From a virus (lineage: Duplodnaviria; Caudoviricetes), in IMG/VR virus record IMGVR_UViG_3300005805_000386, positions 1 to 27,073 of that record: DNA of 27,073 nucleotides. One strand, given 5' to 3'. Position numbers and translations under genes: made by a program. Of this stretch, positions 9,481 through 19,093 are shown piece by piece. The notes beneath the pieces were generated by a model that worked only from the letters and a program-made list of their open reading frames with translations, searched no databases and was not told the origin of the DNA. The stretch's first letter is position 1; every line of letters begins with the position of its first letter.

Positions 9481-10551
9481 TTATTCACCGCCATAAAAAC
9501 GACGTTGAAGGTTATCTCTTATATTTTTGGTTTTTAACTGTGGGGTGCCGCTACCTGCGGAGCCCGAAATGGACTTTGTAGCTGACTTTGCTTTTTGCGC
9601 CTCTTTCACTTTTTGCTCTACTGTTACTGGAGCCTCTAGTTTTGCAGTCAATGACGCAAAAGTAGGATTACCTTTAGTAACGTAGTTGTAGGCAGTTTCA
9701 AGTATTTCTTGAGGTTGCCCACCTTGTTGTGACAAGGCTGCCACTATTGGTGCCATAGCATTCTCGAGCTGTTCAGCAGTGCCAGGGTCACGGAATAATG
9801 GTTTGCTACTTATAAACGATTGTACTACTTGATTGTTGCTATACGCAAGAGCACTGTTTTGTTGTTCTTGCATCATAGCTTCAATTTTTTGTTGAGCAAT
9901 CTCTTCTGCCTGTTCACGGGTCAGGTAGGATGGTTGCGGTTGCACTTGCTGATAACCGTTCTGATAATAATTAGAAAGGTCATGCAGGTTTACGCCGTAT
10001 GCTTCTAGCCATTCCATAGCAGTCTCAACAGGATTTTGCTTCATAGCTCTATCCCACTCGATTGACCGTCTAGCTACGTCTGTAAGGCTAATACCCTGTC
10101 TAATGTACTCAGGCTCATATTCTTTTATGGTGTCATAAAAGTTAGAGATTTGCTTCTGGGCTTGTTTTAGCTTTTCCGTTTCCCTCTGGTAATGGCTCCT
10201 AGTCTCATAGGAACGACGGCTCAAATAAGATTGTAAAATATGTGCGTTCTCAGGAGTAGGGTTAAGGAAAGCCTCCTTTTCTTCCTTATTCATATCCCCA
10301 GGAGGAGCTACTGCTACTCTTTGTTGAGTAGCGACTACTTCGGCTACTGCTTCCTTTTGGGTTTCCGTAGGAGCTTTGCTAGGTTCAGGAGTAGTATTGT
10401 TTTCAACTTTTACCGCTGTTGGCTCAACTCTAGCTTCCTCATCCTTTGCGTCAAATTTTGACTGTAAGTTCTCTCTTAATGATATTCCTACCCTTTCCTT
10501 ATCTGCTACTACTTCTGACGACTCTACTTCAGTTTGTGTATTATCTTCCAT
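9481..10551 (-). CDS. Capsid scaffolding protein (356 aa)
   Basis: Acidic, helical and low in complexity, immediately upstream of the MCP. SLRENLQ and NIRDNLQ motifs occur at the two ends. Confidence 0.7.
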   Translation of the reverse strand: MEDNTQTEVESSEVVADKERVGISLRENLQSKFDAKDEEARVEPTAVKVENNTTPEPSKAPTETQKEAVAEVVATQQRVAVAPPGDMNKEEKEAFLNPTPENAHILQSYLSRRSYETRSHYQRETEKLKQAQKQISNFYDTIKEYEPEYIRQGISLTDVARRSIEWDRAMKQNPVETAMEWLEAYGVNLHDLSNYYQNGYQQVQPQPSYLTREQAEEIAQQKIEAMMQEQQNSALAYSNNQVVQSFISSKPLFRDPGTAEQLENAMAPIVAALSQQGGQPQEILETAYNYVTKGNPTFASLTAKLEAPVTVEQKVKEAQKAKSATKSISGSAGSGTPQLKTKNIRDNLQRRFYGGE

Positions 10552-10873
10552 TTCTATACCTATCTATTATTTGATCTCGTAAATTGCGGACAAAATCCGC
10601 TTCCTTACGTTGCTGCTTTTCCGCTGGATCGTACCCATTATCATAGGCAGTACCAACTTCTTCAGCTCCGTAAGACTTATATTCTGCTCGTAACGCTGCC
10701 TTGCTGGTATAGTACCGTCCTGTTATAGGACTGCGCGTCGGAGCCATCTCGTCTTGGGGGTAGTTATCCCTAGCCCAAGAGGACGATTGTTGGGGGTCAT
10801 TAAACGGGTCATCTTCACCGAAAACTTTCTCACCTAGTTTACCAAAACGACTTGGCCATGTTTTATCGCTCAT
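10541..10873 (-). CDS. Hypothetical phage protein (110 aa)
   Basis: SPITG...TS...LR......G..EVG motif of the kind seen upstream of scaffold genes. Overlaps both neighbours. Confidence 0.6.
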   Translation of the reverse strand: MSDKTWPSRFGKLGEKVFGEDDPFNDPQQSSSWARDNYPQDEMAPTRSPITGRYYTSKAALRAEYKSYGAEEVGTAYDNGYDPAEKQQRKEADFVRNLRDQIIDRYRNGR

Positions 10874-11151
10874 AGGTCATCATCCATTAGCATTAATAAA
10901 AACAATTCTTTTATGCGTTTCTGCCTAGTTGTATCAAGGTTGTAATACTTAGTTTGGAGAGCATCTACAAGTAATTTATCAAAGTTTACAGGCTCTTCGG
11001 TGGTAGGTTGTAGTTCCTTATACCGTTCTAAAAGTATCTTTACCGCAAGTTCTTCTTCTTCTCGCTCATGTCGGCGACGCTTTCGCCTATATACATCTAA
11101 GGCATCACTTTGATCGTACTGCTTTGGATTCAGCAGCAAAAATAGTGTCAT
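10870..11151 (-). CDS. Hypothetical protein (93 aa)
   Basis: ATGA overlaps at both ends. Contains a basic RRKRRR patch. Confidence 0.6.
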   Translation of the reverse strand: MTLFLLLNPKQYDQSDALDVYRRKRRRHEREEEELAVKILLERYKELQPTTEEPVNFDKLLVDALQTKYYNLDTTRQKRIKELFLLMLMDDDL

Positions 11152-11321
11152 TCAGCCTTTTTAGTTTGTTCCTGATAATAAAGTAATACCTTCTCAAGTT
11201 CTACTTTAGCTTCATGCAACTTCTGAGAATCTTCTAAAAAAGTATTACTTGCCACGGACAAATTAACTTTGCTTAATAGTCCATACAATGTTTGTGCTAC
11301 TGGTAAAGGAATTACATACAT
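11148..11321 (-). CDS. Small protein missed by the ORF track (57 aa, MYVIPLPVAQ...EQTKKAE)
   Basis: Translated by hand. ATG is 1 nt after the upstream TAA, and its TGA overlaps the next ATG, so it exactly fills the gap. Confidence 0.7.
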   Translation of the reverse strand: MYVIPLPVAQTLYGLLSKVNLSVASNTFLEDSQKLHEAKVELEKVLLYYQEQTKKAE

Positions 11322-11322
11322 A

Positions 11323-11550
11323 TTATTGTCCCTGTAAATAAGCGTTCATCATTCCAATAAGCTCGTTTATGAGCGTGATTTTTTCGGAAGTAATTGCTGC
11401 TAAATAGTCATCTTTTTGTTGTTGGGTCAAATTGTAAATAGTAGAGTCTGCTTCGACCAAACCAAATTCTACCTTTTCTTGTAATTGTATGACTCTTTGC
11501 AATTTTGCTTTTGCTTCATACATAGCTTGTAATTCTGCCGATCTAATCAT
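11323..11550 (-). CDS. Small helical protein (75 aa), possible fibre chaperone
   Basis: Tightly coupled behind the 267-aa fibre-like gene, with a coiled-coil pattern. Confidence 0.55.
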   Translation of the reverse strand: MIRSAELQAMYEAKAKLQRVIQLQEKVEFGLVEADSTIYNLTQQQKDDYLAAITSEKITLINELIGMMNAYLQGQ

Positions 11551-11551
11551 A

Positions 11552-12355
11552 TTAACTTCCCACTGCTAATACTTGAGTTGTTGAGTGCCAGGTGACGTTA
11601 TTATTTGCTGCTCCTGTAACTCTTACTAAAATATTTGTACCAGAAACTACAACGGTACAATCCCATCCTGCTTGAGATTCAAAAGTTCCTGCATCGGTCG
11701 TCGTACTTATTTGAGTTAATACACCTGCCACATTTTTAAATGCAGCTAATCGCTTATAAGCTGCAACATCTCCAGCCGTTCCTGCCGTACCGCCTGTTCT
11801 ACGAGCTACTACTTGCACATCGACCATAATACAAGTGTTAGAAGTAGTTGCGATTGTATCAATAGTTGTAACAGTAGCATCGGTTGTTGCGACTCGTCCT
11901 TGTCGCCATTTCACACTAGGATCGTCGTTGGTAGCTGTACTTTTTAATTCTAAAACTGTTGCGCCAGTAGTAGTTTGTGTGAAAATTCCTGATTGACCAC
12001 CAATCTGTGTTCCATTTACCACTGTGCAATCAATATCAGCACAAGTGATTTTCGATGGAGTTATGCCATCTCCAAAATATATTTTTGCTCCAGAACCACT
12101 GGTTACAGGATCGATTAAAAAAGTAGAACCATCAAAACCAATACGAACCTCTTGAGCATCACCAAAATTAACATAATAACCAGTTAAAAAATTTTGGTCG
12201 GCAACCCATGTTCCATTGGCACCAACATCTAACGTTCCTCCAATGTTAGTATATAAAGAGCTATACAATCCACCCTGAAAATCGACAACATTGGTAGTAG
12301 TTCCTCCAATGGTGGTGACAGCTTGAAGTGAAGGTATGCCGTAAAAATAGCTCAT
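11552..12355 (-). CDS. Fibre/spike-like virion protein (267 aa)
   Basis: SLQAVT..G.TT repeat motif, Thr/Gly-rich, with a C-terminal TTDAT...VVARR...VTGAA...V.W beta-sandwich pattern. Confidence 0.55.
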   Translation of the reverse strand: MSYFYGIPSLQAVTTIGGTTTNVVDFQGGLYSSLYTNIGGTLDVGANGTWVADQNFLTGYYVNFGDAQEVRIGFDGSTFLIDPVTSGSGAKIYFGDGITPSKITCADIDCTVVNGTQIGGQSGIFTQTTTGATVLELKSTATNDDPSVKWRQGRVATTDATVTTIDTIATTSNTCIMVDVQVVARRTGGTAGTAGDVAAYKRLAAFKNVAGVLTQISTTTDAGTFESQAGWDCTVVVSGTNILVRVTGAANNNVTWHSTTQVLAVGS

Positions 12356-13998
12356 GCTGTAAACGCCTGTATTGCTAAATTACTACTTGCTACGCTTGCA
12401 ATAGCATTAACAGCACTGGTAATTTTTATCGGGCCATCTAGCACTATCTTTTCGCCTGGTGCTAAAACTATTCCTCTGCTTGCTACCGCAGCATTATCAA
12501 ATCCCAGAGCAATGGTATTTGCGGAAGTGTTGCAAAATACCAACTTCCAATAAGTATTAATTGCCAATCCTACGCTTGCACTAGACGTGCCTACTGTTGC
12601 AAAGGTGGGAGCTGCACCAGCAGCAGAAGTATGAGTGACACTTACCGCAGACTGGTTGGATGCAATGGCAACTGGCACTGAGCCAGCCATTGTAGTTTGT
12701 CCCAAAGATGGAGTCTTTGTATTAATTGCTGCTAATGTAGTTTCAGTTGCAGCTCCAGTAGGCAAAGACACGGTTCCTGTTATATTAGTAATATTCCAGG
12801 TTCCTGATTGAGTAGCTGCTACTGTTCCGTCTACAGTTAGACTTCCAGCGTTATCAGTAATTGGGATGGCACTTTGGTTAGAAGCAATAGCAACTGGCAA
12901 AGAATTTGCCATAGTCTGTTGCCCAACTACTCCAGTAATATCTCCAAGAGCAACGGTTAGTGAGCCAGAAGGAGTTACTTTTACATTGTAATATGTACCG
13001 CCTCCTGTGCTTGCACGACCAGTAATTACAGAACGAGTTAAATTAGCAAGCGTATAATCTGTTAGGGTATCAGTAATCTTAGAATAATTGGAGGTAGTGC
13101 CAGCAGCCATGCAAGCACTGTAAAGTATCAGGTTTGTAGCATCAGCACTGGTTTTTACAACTTCAATAGTTATTGGCAAGTTTGGAGTTGCGATTGAAGG
13201 ATTTAATTGACTGTTCGGAAATTTAATTGTGTGAAAAATTACCCAAGTGCCATCAGGAGAAAATACTTCAAACAAAATTGACGCAGAACCTAGCCATGCA
13301 AATCTTATTCTAAATAAATTGCTGTAGGTAAGATTGATTGCTTCAGGTGTGCCATCACGAGAAAACTTGCTACCCGTTGCTCCCGTGAGCAAATCGCCAT
13401 TCCAATTAGTCCGATTTACAAAGGTATCTACTCCTGCTACCCGTTTGGTAATACCGAATGAAGTACCTTGATAACCAATAAAAAAGCCATTGTTAGCATC
13501 AAATAAACCAATTCTTTGATTACTATTTGCACTGGTTGGAGTAGTAAATGCAGCAGTAAAATAACAATACTCTTCATGGGCAGGACGATAACTCAGTGTT
13601 GCAACTGAGACAGCTTTAGCACTGGATGTAGTGCCAGTGCCAGTTGCGTATAAAGCATGGCCGTTAGAAATAGTAGCACTACCTGTGCCTGTAGTTGTAT
13701 TGGTAATGATTGCAGTATCAAAAGAAGTATCGAAGCTAACTTCTATTTGATTATTACGCGTACCACTAACGGAGACACCAAGAATATCTAAGTTAGCATT
13801 TGCATTATTAGTGTTATAGGCAATATCAGAAAGAGTTGCTTCAGTAGCAAAGTCTGGAGTAGTTAAACTTTCAGTACCACTACCACCATAGTCCACCACC
13901 ACTACCTGATACTGTTCACCACCCTTATCAATACTTCGGACAGGAATATCAGTATTTACACTGGTAGGAGCATTTGAAACAATTACGTTGTCCGCCAC
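12352..13998 (-). CDS. Fibre-like virion protein (548 aa) with lectin-like central region and internal repeats
   Basis: Thr/Ser/Ala-rich. Has RIG.FD..NG.F and F.WLG motifs, two GQ.TMA.S.PVAIASNQS repeats and two ATE.TL motifs. Confidence 0.6.
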   Translation of the reverse strand: MADNVIVSNAPTSVNTDIPVRSIDKGGEQYQVVVVDYGGSGTESLTTPDFATEATLSDIAYNTNNANANLDILGVSVSGTRNNQIEVSFDTSFDTAIITNTTTGTGSATISNGHALYATGTGTTSSAKAVSVATLSYRPAHEEYCYFTAAFTTPTSANSNQRIGLFDANNGFFIGYQGTSFGITKRVAGVDTFVNRTNWNGDLLTGATGSKFSRDGTPEAINLTYSNLFRIRFAWLGSASILFEVFSPDGTWVIFHTIKFPNSQLNPSIATPNLPITIEVVKTSADATNLILYSACMAAGTTSNYSKITDTLTDYTLANLTRSVITGRASTGGGTYYNVKVTPSGSLTVALGDITGVVGQQTMANSLPVAIASNQSAIPITDNAGSLTVDGTVAATQSGTWNITNITGTVSLPTGAATETTLAAINTKTPSLGQTTMAGSVPVAIASNQSAVSVTHTSAAGAAPTFATVGTSSASVGLAINTYWKLVFCNTSANTIALGFDNAAVASRGIVLAPGEKIVLDGPIKITSAVNAIASVASSNLAIQAFTA

Positions 13999-14000
13999 AA

Positions 14001-16481
14001 TTACTCCTCAATGTTGTCAATCTTGAGTGTAGTATTTCCTAATTCATCTGTTCCAATAGTGCCAACCTTTTTGGAGGCTTTTGGAATAATATTGTTTATC
14101 ACAATCGGTTGCTGCGGAGCACTCTGACTACCTGCCTGGGAGATGACAGCTTGCTGAGTCTGCATAGCCATTCTAATCTTCTCAAGCTCCTGCTCCTGAT
14201 TCAACCGCCGTTCCTCTAGGAGCTTTTCAGATTCCTTCATTCTGACAGACATATTCTCAAGCTCTAGTCTCTGAAGGTCAATTATCTGAGCCACCCTATC
14301 AGCTTCTCTCTTAGCTTCGGTGCTATCAGCCTTCACGGCAGCTTCGCTTTGAATCTTCATCATCTCTAATTGCAATCTTTGCTGTTCGACCTGCAATCTT
14401 TGATTATCAACAATGGTCTTTTGTTGCGCTACATACTCATCCAATGCAGCCTTTCTATAAGCCATCTCAACTTCAGCCTGGGATTGCTGCAACCTTGTCT
14501 GAGCATCAATCTGAGCCATCTGCATCTTTTGTTGCATCTCCTGAGACTCCATTTGCATCCTAGCCATCTCAGTTTGATACTTCATTTGAGCAGCTTCTCT
14601 TAGCTGTTCTACTTGTAATGTCATTGGGTCAGGAGGTGCTTGTTGAGCTTGCTGCGCTTTTTGATCAGCCAACATCTTTACATCCACCAATGCTTTCTGG
14701 AATAGAGCATCAACATCCTTACCGCCTTTAAAGCGTCTCGTTATGTTTTGCATCATCTCCATAGCAAAGGTGCTCAGTGTTGGATAGGACTCAATGGTAG
14801 CTTTCATCTTTTCAAAAAACTCACCACAAGTCTGCATTAATTCCAAACCATCCTGCTTATCCTGAGCCTGGTCAAGAGCCACCATAGAATCAGTAGCAAT
14901 CTGTATCCTATAGCATCTCTCATCTTCGTTCTGTAACGCAGATAAAATATCAGCCTTAATTCCTTCTGCTGCCATCATTTGTGCTTGCGGATTCATTGGG
15001 TCTGCTGGAGGTAACAGCGGAGCAATCAACGAATTTACATCCGCAATCTCAAACATAACTTCAGAGCTAAACTGTTCTGCAATAATAGTGCCCAGTTTAT
15101 TAACACCATCGGATATAAACTTAGCAAACTGATTCTGCCTTACAATTAATCCTAAGCTGCTCCAAGCGTTCTCGAGTCTATTAGCAGTTGCGGTTTTATA
15201 TTCAGCACTGGAGCCTCTCAATAAATCGCTCACTTTCAGTGTTTCATATAATTGAGCCAGGGCTTCACCACGGCTCTTTTGCAGCACTTCCAAAGTGCGT
15301 ACATACGGCTCAATATCATGGTACTCAATACCACTTGCTTGACCGCCTCTTCCTTTATACGACGGCCAGTTCATTACAGGGATAAACTTTAAATCACCCT
15401 GAATTAACTGCTCCACCTGCTGACCCATTGTTGCATCGTAAAGAGCATTAGTACGAATTGCTTGCACAGTTGCAGCAATTCTTGTGGTCATCCGCTCAAT
15501 CTCTAACACCTGGTCTTTTACATGGACATAATCCGATACTGGAATAACAGAGTCAGGATCAATGCTTTGATTAATTACCGAGCACGGCCAGAAGTCTTCG
15601 TATTTAACTGGCGGCTCGCCTTCTTCGAGGACGCTCTTTTCGCCTTTCTTTTGCAACCAGTAGACTTTGTCGCTTTCCCTGCACCAGATTTCGTAGAGTT
15701 CTGCTTTGCCTTCATACTTTTCAGACGTTTGAGACAGATTTCGCTTGAGGACATCGGGATATGAGTCGAAGGATAAATCATTCGCCACATCCTTACCAAA
15801 CTTTTCTTCAGCTTCATAACGAGACAAAAACGCTCTTCTGGCTTTCCATTCGATTTCGGATTCATTCCTAGCATCTCCTGTTAAAAAGTCGTTGTACTGC
15901 ACACAATCTAAAATTGCTCGCTCGTCATCCTTAACTTCAATCTCCATTCTACCAGTGATGATTCCTTCTGGCGTAGTAATGAGCGTCTTCTTATCTCCCG
16001 TAAATGGTTTGCCCTGAGCATTAACTAACTGCCCTGTGGCGCCATCTCTAATTAACGCAAACTCAACTTCTTCTTTCTCAAACTCAGCTTCATACCTAGC
16101 CCACAACACGCCGCGACCTGTTAAGAGAAATTGTAACGCAGCATTATATCCAACTAGGTCAAAATCAAAGTGCTCATCCATTGCATACTGTGTGACGCGC
16201 TCCAATACCACCGCACCTAACTGATACTTCATTCCACCAACGCGCTTTCTCAGATTAACCTCAGCTTTTGGCGTAGAAGAATAATAAGCTGGCATAAGTG
16301 TATTAACTACATACCACCATACATTCAGTCTTCTTTGGGTATCGCTTAAATCTTTCCTGGCTTTAAACACCTGGATAGATTCTTTACCCTCTTCAAAGAA
16401 TTTCTCATGTAAATTCTCTGAAGCACTTAATTGACTATGCCACCAGCTACCTGTGTATTTCTTCTTTGATTCTTTTGCCAT
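14001..16481 (-). CDS. Portal protein with long C-terminal coiled-coil barrel (826 aa)
   Basis: Directly follows TerL by TAATG coupling. Has G.G..W.RY, YEIW, SD..RG and TATA motifs and a ~200-aa Gln-rich coiled coil. Confidence 0.85.
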   Translation of the reverse strand: MAKESKKKYTGSWWHSQLSASENLHEKFFEEGKESIQVFKARKDLSDTQRRLNVWWYVVNTLMPAYYSSTPKAEVNLRKRVGGMKYQLGAVVLERVTQYAMDEHFDFDLVGYNAALQFLLTGRGVLWARYEAEFEKEEVEFALIRDGATGQLVNAQGKPFTGDKKTLITTPEGIITGRMEIEVKDDERAILDCVQYNDFLTGDARNESEIEWKARRAFLSRYEAEEKFGKDVANDLSFDSYPDVLKRNLSQTSEKYEGKAELYEIWCRESDKVYWLQKKGEKSVLEEGEPPVKYEDFWPCSVINQSIDPDSVIPVSDYVHVKDQVLEIERMTTRIAATVQAIRTNALYDATMGQQVEQLIQGDLKFIPVMNWPSYKGRGGQASGIEYHDIEPYVRTLEVLQKSRGEALAQLYETLKVSDLLRGSSAEYKTATANRLENAWSSLGLIVRQNQFAKFISDGVNKLGTIIAEQFSSEVMFEIADVNSLIAPLLPPADPMNPQAQMMAAEGIKADILSALQNEDERCYRIQIATDSMVALDQAQDKQDGLELMQTCGEFFEKMKATIESYPTLSTFAMEMMQNITRRFKGGKDVDALFQKALVDVKMLADQKAQQAQQAPPDPMTLQVEQLREAAQMKYQTEMARMQMESQEMQQKMQMAQIDAQTRLQQSQAEVEMAYRKAALDEYVAQQKTIVDNQRLQVEQQRLQLEMMKIQSEAAVKADSTEAKREADRVAQIIDLQRLELENMSVRMKESEKLLEERRLNQEQELEKIRMAMQTQQAVISQAGSQSAPQQPIVINNIIPKASKKVGTIGTDELGNTTLKIDNIEE

Positions 16482-17893
16482 TATATCTGTGTCCGTTTTT
16501 GTGCGTTTCTAACTTCGTTGACGTAAAGCTGCAACTTTACTTGCCCTCGGTGGATAGCCTTTGAAGCAGGCTTCTCATACTCGGAATCCAGGAGTCTCTC
16601 CTTGCATAGATACCTTAATGCGTCGCAGCAATGATCGTCGCCATCGGTGTCTGCATCTTCATGGTCTGCAAGATTGATTTGTAGTGCTGGTAACGATTCT
16701 ATCAGATATGAGCAAGTAGAAAAGATATAGAGTAATGGTGGGTCTCCCTGCAACCGTTTCCGTATCTGCGTCCATCCGCTTATTCTATCATTATCCGCTC
16801 GTTTGAAGGCAGGATGCTTATATTTCAAAAACACCGCAGTTAGTTGGTCATTTATACTAGGGCCACCGTCCGTTTTAAATATGCTAGGGTCTGCAACCGC
16901 TATCAAATTCTCCCCCACACTGGCAGATGCTATCCGTTCCGCCTGTTCTTTATTCTCAATCTGTTTGCCCCACAACTCCCGATATATGACAATGGCTCCC
17001 TTCGGGATCGATATTTCCGACCCGTCATCGGCCTTCCCTGAAGATATAGCACCCCAAACGGCAGCAAAGGGACTCCTATAACCCCAATCGTAACCAAGAT
17101 AACGAGTCCAATGCTTGGGAACATTAAAGGGATTAACGATATGCTTGCTGCTAAACTCAGGAAAATAGCTACCCTCGTGTATCTCAAAGTCTCCCTCCAG
17201 CCATGCCCTTACTAGCTCAGGGCTACCCACCATGTGCAACCTATCAATATACCCAGGGTCTTTTTGCAGCAATATCTTATTATCCTGTACCTTGCTTGGA
17301 ATAAAAATATACGGCACCTTCTTACCCGTCGGGAGCTCCCACTCAAGCATCTTCCAACCTTTTGGCGAAGGCTTAATAAACTTCTCCTTAATCCACCAGT
17401 GCCCAGGGCCACCAGGATTAAACGTCAAAATCATCTGAACATTGTTACCACGGAGCGCACCAAACAATTTAAATATAGGCTCAGGATTAGGATAGTTTCC
17501 CGCCTCTTCTATGGCAGCATGGCTCAAATTTTGTCCTTGATACTTCTCAGCATCGGCATTGTTTGCAAGTGGTCTAAACCTTAACCTGCCACCACCTGCA
17601 AAGGTAAACTGCTTCTTTTGATCATTATAATGCGCTTCGAGAGGTAAAAATATCTCCTTTGCCCGTTCAATCAGGTCGTCTGCTTGCGGTAACTCTCGGC
17701 GAAAAAATATGCCGTTAAAATCCTTGCCCATCGTTTCAGCAAGGATACCAAACTTGCCTAATACACCGTCCGTCTTACCACCACCTCTGGCACCACCGTA
17801 TCCAATGAGTGGTAAAGGACAATCAATAAGAGCTTGTTGTGGCCCAGTTTGCGGTGACCATACGATATGCTCAGAGGGTGTCGTCATCGTCAT
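16481..17893 (-). CDS. terL: Terminase large subunit
   Basis: PQ..Q adenine motif, Walker A GGARGGGKT, Walker B AAIEE, TFNPGG coupling motif, and nuclease motifs GYDWG and DH..DALRY. Confidence 0.95.
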   Translation of the reverse strand: MTMTTPSEHIVWSPQTGPQQALIDCPLPLIGYGGARGGGKTDGVLGKFGILAETMGKDFNGIFFRRELPQADDLIERAKEIFLPLEAHYNDQKKQFTFAGGGRLRFRPLANNADAEKYQGQNLSHAAIEEAGNYPNPEPIFKLFGALRGNNVQMILTFNPGGPGHWWIKEKFIKPSPKGWKMLEWELPTGKKVPYIFIPSKVQDNKILLQKDPGYIDRLHMVGSPELVRAWLEGDFEIHEGSYFPEFSSKHIVNPFNVPKHWTRYLGYDWGYRSPFAAVWGAISSGKADDGSEISIPKGAIVIYRELWGKQIENKEQAERIASASVGENLIAVADPSIFKTDGGPSINDQLTAVFLKYKHPAFKRADNDRISGWTQIRKRLQGDPPLLYIFSTCSYLIESLPALQINLADHEDADTDGDDHCCDALRYLCKERLLDSEYEKPASKAIHRGQVKLQLYVNEVRNAQKRTQI

Positions 17894-18440
17894 TAACTCT
17901 TTCCGTTTCTACTATTTGAGGTGTAGGGGTATTTGAACTGTCACCCTGTATATACTTAGCAGCCCACTGCTCTTGTGTCATCGGTTGAGCAGATATAACC
18001 GCGCGAACCCTGACATCCTGTTTTACCTCAACATTAGCCAATTTAGGAGCATAGTACGGAGCGCAAGAGACCGCTGCATAAAGCTGCTGTGCCGGCGTAG
18101 GAGTAAATCCACCAATGGGGATACCGTTAGCCCAATATAATAGCAGCTCGTGAGGAAAGATTTTATTCTTGGCTTGAGCATCCTTAATTATCTTTCTCGA
18201 GAAGGCATTTATCTTTCGTAAAGGATTAACCCCAGGCTGCGGAATAGGCTCATACTCTACAGGCTCTTCGTAAGGAATCTCTTCGCTCGTTTGATTGTTA
18301 TGCGCTCTATCAGCATCCGATATCTCTATAGCGCAGGTAGGGTCGGGAACTTTAATCTCATCAGGTACGATAGATTCAGCCATAGGAGTAGTTATCATAT
18401 CATACATTTCTGCATATTTTTGTTCTATTTTATCACTCAT
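17871..18440 (-). CDS. Probable terminase small subunit
   Basis: Overlaps the TerL start, has an AA...APY..PKL..VE motif, and has an AGGA RBS. Confidence 0.6.
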   Translation of the reverse strand: MSDKIEQKYAEMYDMITTPMAESIVPDEIKVPDPTCAIEISDADRAHNNQTSEEIPYEEPVEYEPIPQPGVNPLRKINAFSRKIIKDAQAKNKIFPHELLLYWANGIPIGGFTPTPAQQLYAAVSCAPYYAPKLANVEVKQDVRVRAVISAQPMTQEQWAAKYIQGDSSNTPTPQIVETERVNDDDDTL

Positions 18441-18622
18441 ATAGTCCTAATAATAAAACAACTTAAATTGGGATGTGCTGTGGAAGGGGGTATCTGTGAC
18501 TGGGACTCCGGTTGTTTCCGAATCAAATTAAATTTCAAACGGGTGGCTTCTAAGTTAATAGAATTGAGATAAAAGATAATACAATAGGTTAGGAAGGAAA
18601 AGAACAAGCGATCCCGCGGGGC

Positions 18623-18635
18623 TAACCTATTGATA
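18623..18635 (-). promoter_or_regulatory. IHF consensus site
   Basis: Minus strand TATCAATAGGTTA matches WATCAANNNNTTR exactly. It is one arm of an 11-bp inverted repeat (18582-18592 / 18622-18632). Confidence 0.45.
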
Positions 18636-18944
18636 TCATTAGGGATTTCATATGGTCTTAATTGTCGCATGGTATACCCTACTCCCCTTAATATTTTTCT
18701 TACTGAAATAGTTTTTTGGTTCTAGTTCACTAAGCTAAAATAATGTTCTATCACTTAAAACGCCTAGGCTCCAAATCGAATATAAGTGAGAACCATCTCT
18801 ACCATATCCCTTCTCATCTCTCATATATTCGATCCTATATCTCCCGTATTTTATCTAAGGTCTAATATATTTTACTATATAACATTTATATTGACCCTGT
18901 ATACAAGCGACTTGACTTTTAATAAACGGGAACCATTTATTACC

Positions 18945-18973
18945 TTGCTATCTATATATCACTGTGATATACA
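18945..18973 (+). promoter_or_regulatory. Candidate sigma70-like promoter of the amidoligase operon with overlapping palindrome
   Basis: TTGCTA-N17-TATACA with TG upstream of the -10. A perfect inverted repeat TATATCAC-T-GTGATATA lies at 18955-18971. Confidence 0.45.
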
Positions 18974-19093
18974 CCTATTATTCCTATTAAGGGAATAACT
19001 TAATAATAACAGGGTGTTATATGATAATAGACTTACTACTACTGATAGCGATATCAGTATACACTGGATTTATTTTAGCGAGGAGTATCTGAT

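Noticed and set aside
185-18572. Numerous short plus-strand ORFs opposite the structural genes
   Set aside because: They lie antisense to long, tightly packed, motif-bearing genes, mostly use non-ATG starts and lack clear RBSs, so they are shadow ORFs.
18437-18670. 77-aa minus-strand ORF upstream of terS
   Set aside because: It has a possible RBS and an ATGA overlap, but no recognisable motif, and it overlays inverted repeats and the IHF-like site. Left uncalled rather than excluded.
18786-18998. 70-aa plus-strand ORF
   Set aside because: GTG start without RBS, composition reflects AT/pyrimidine-rich intergenic DNA, and it overlaps promoter and operator motifs.
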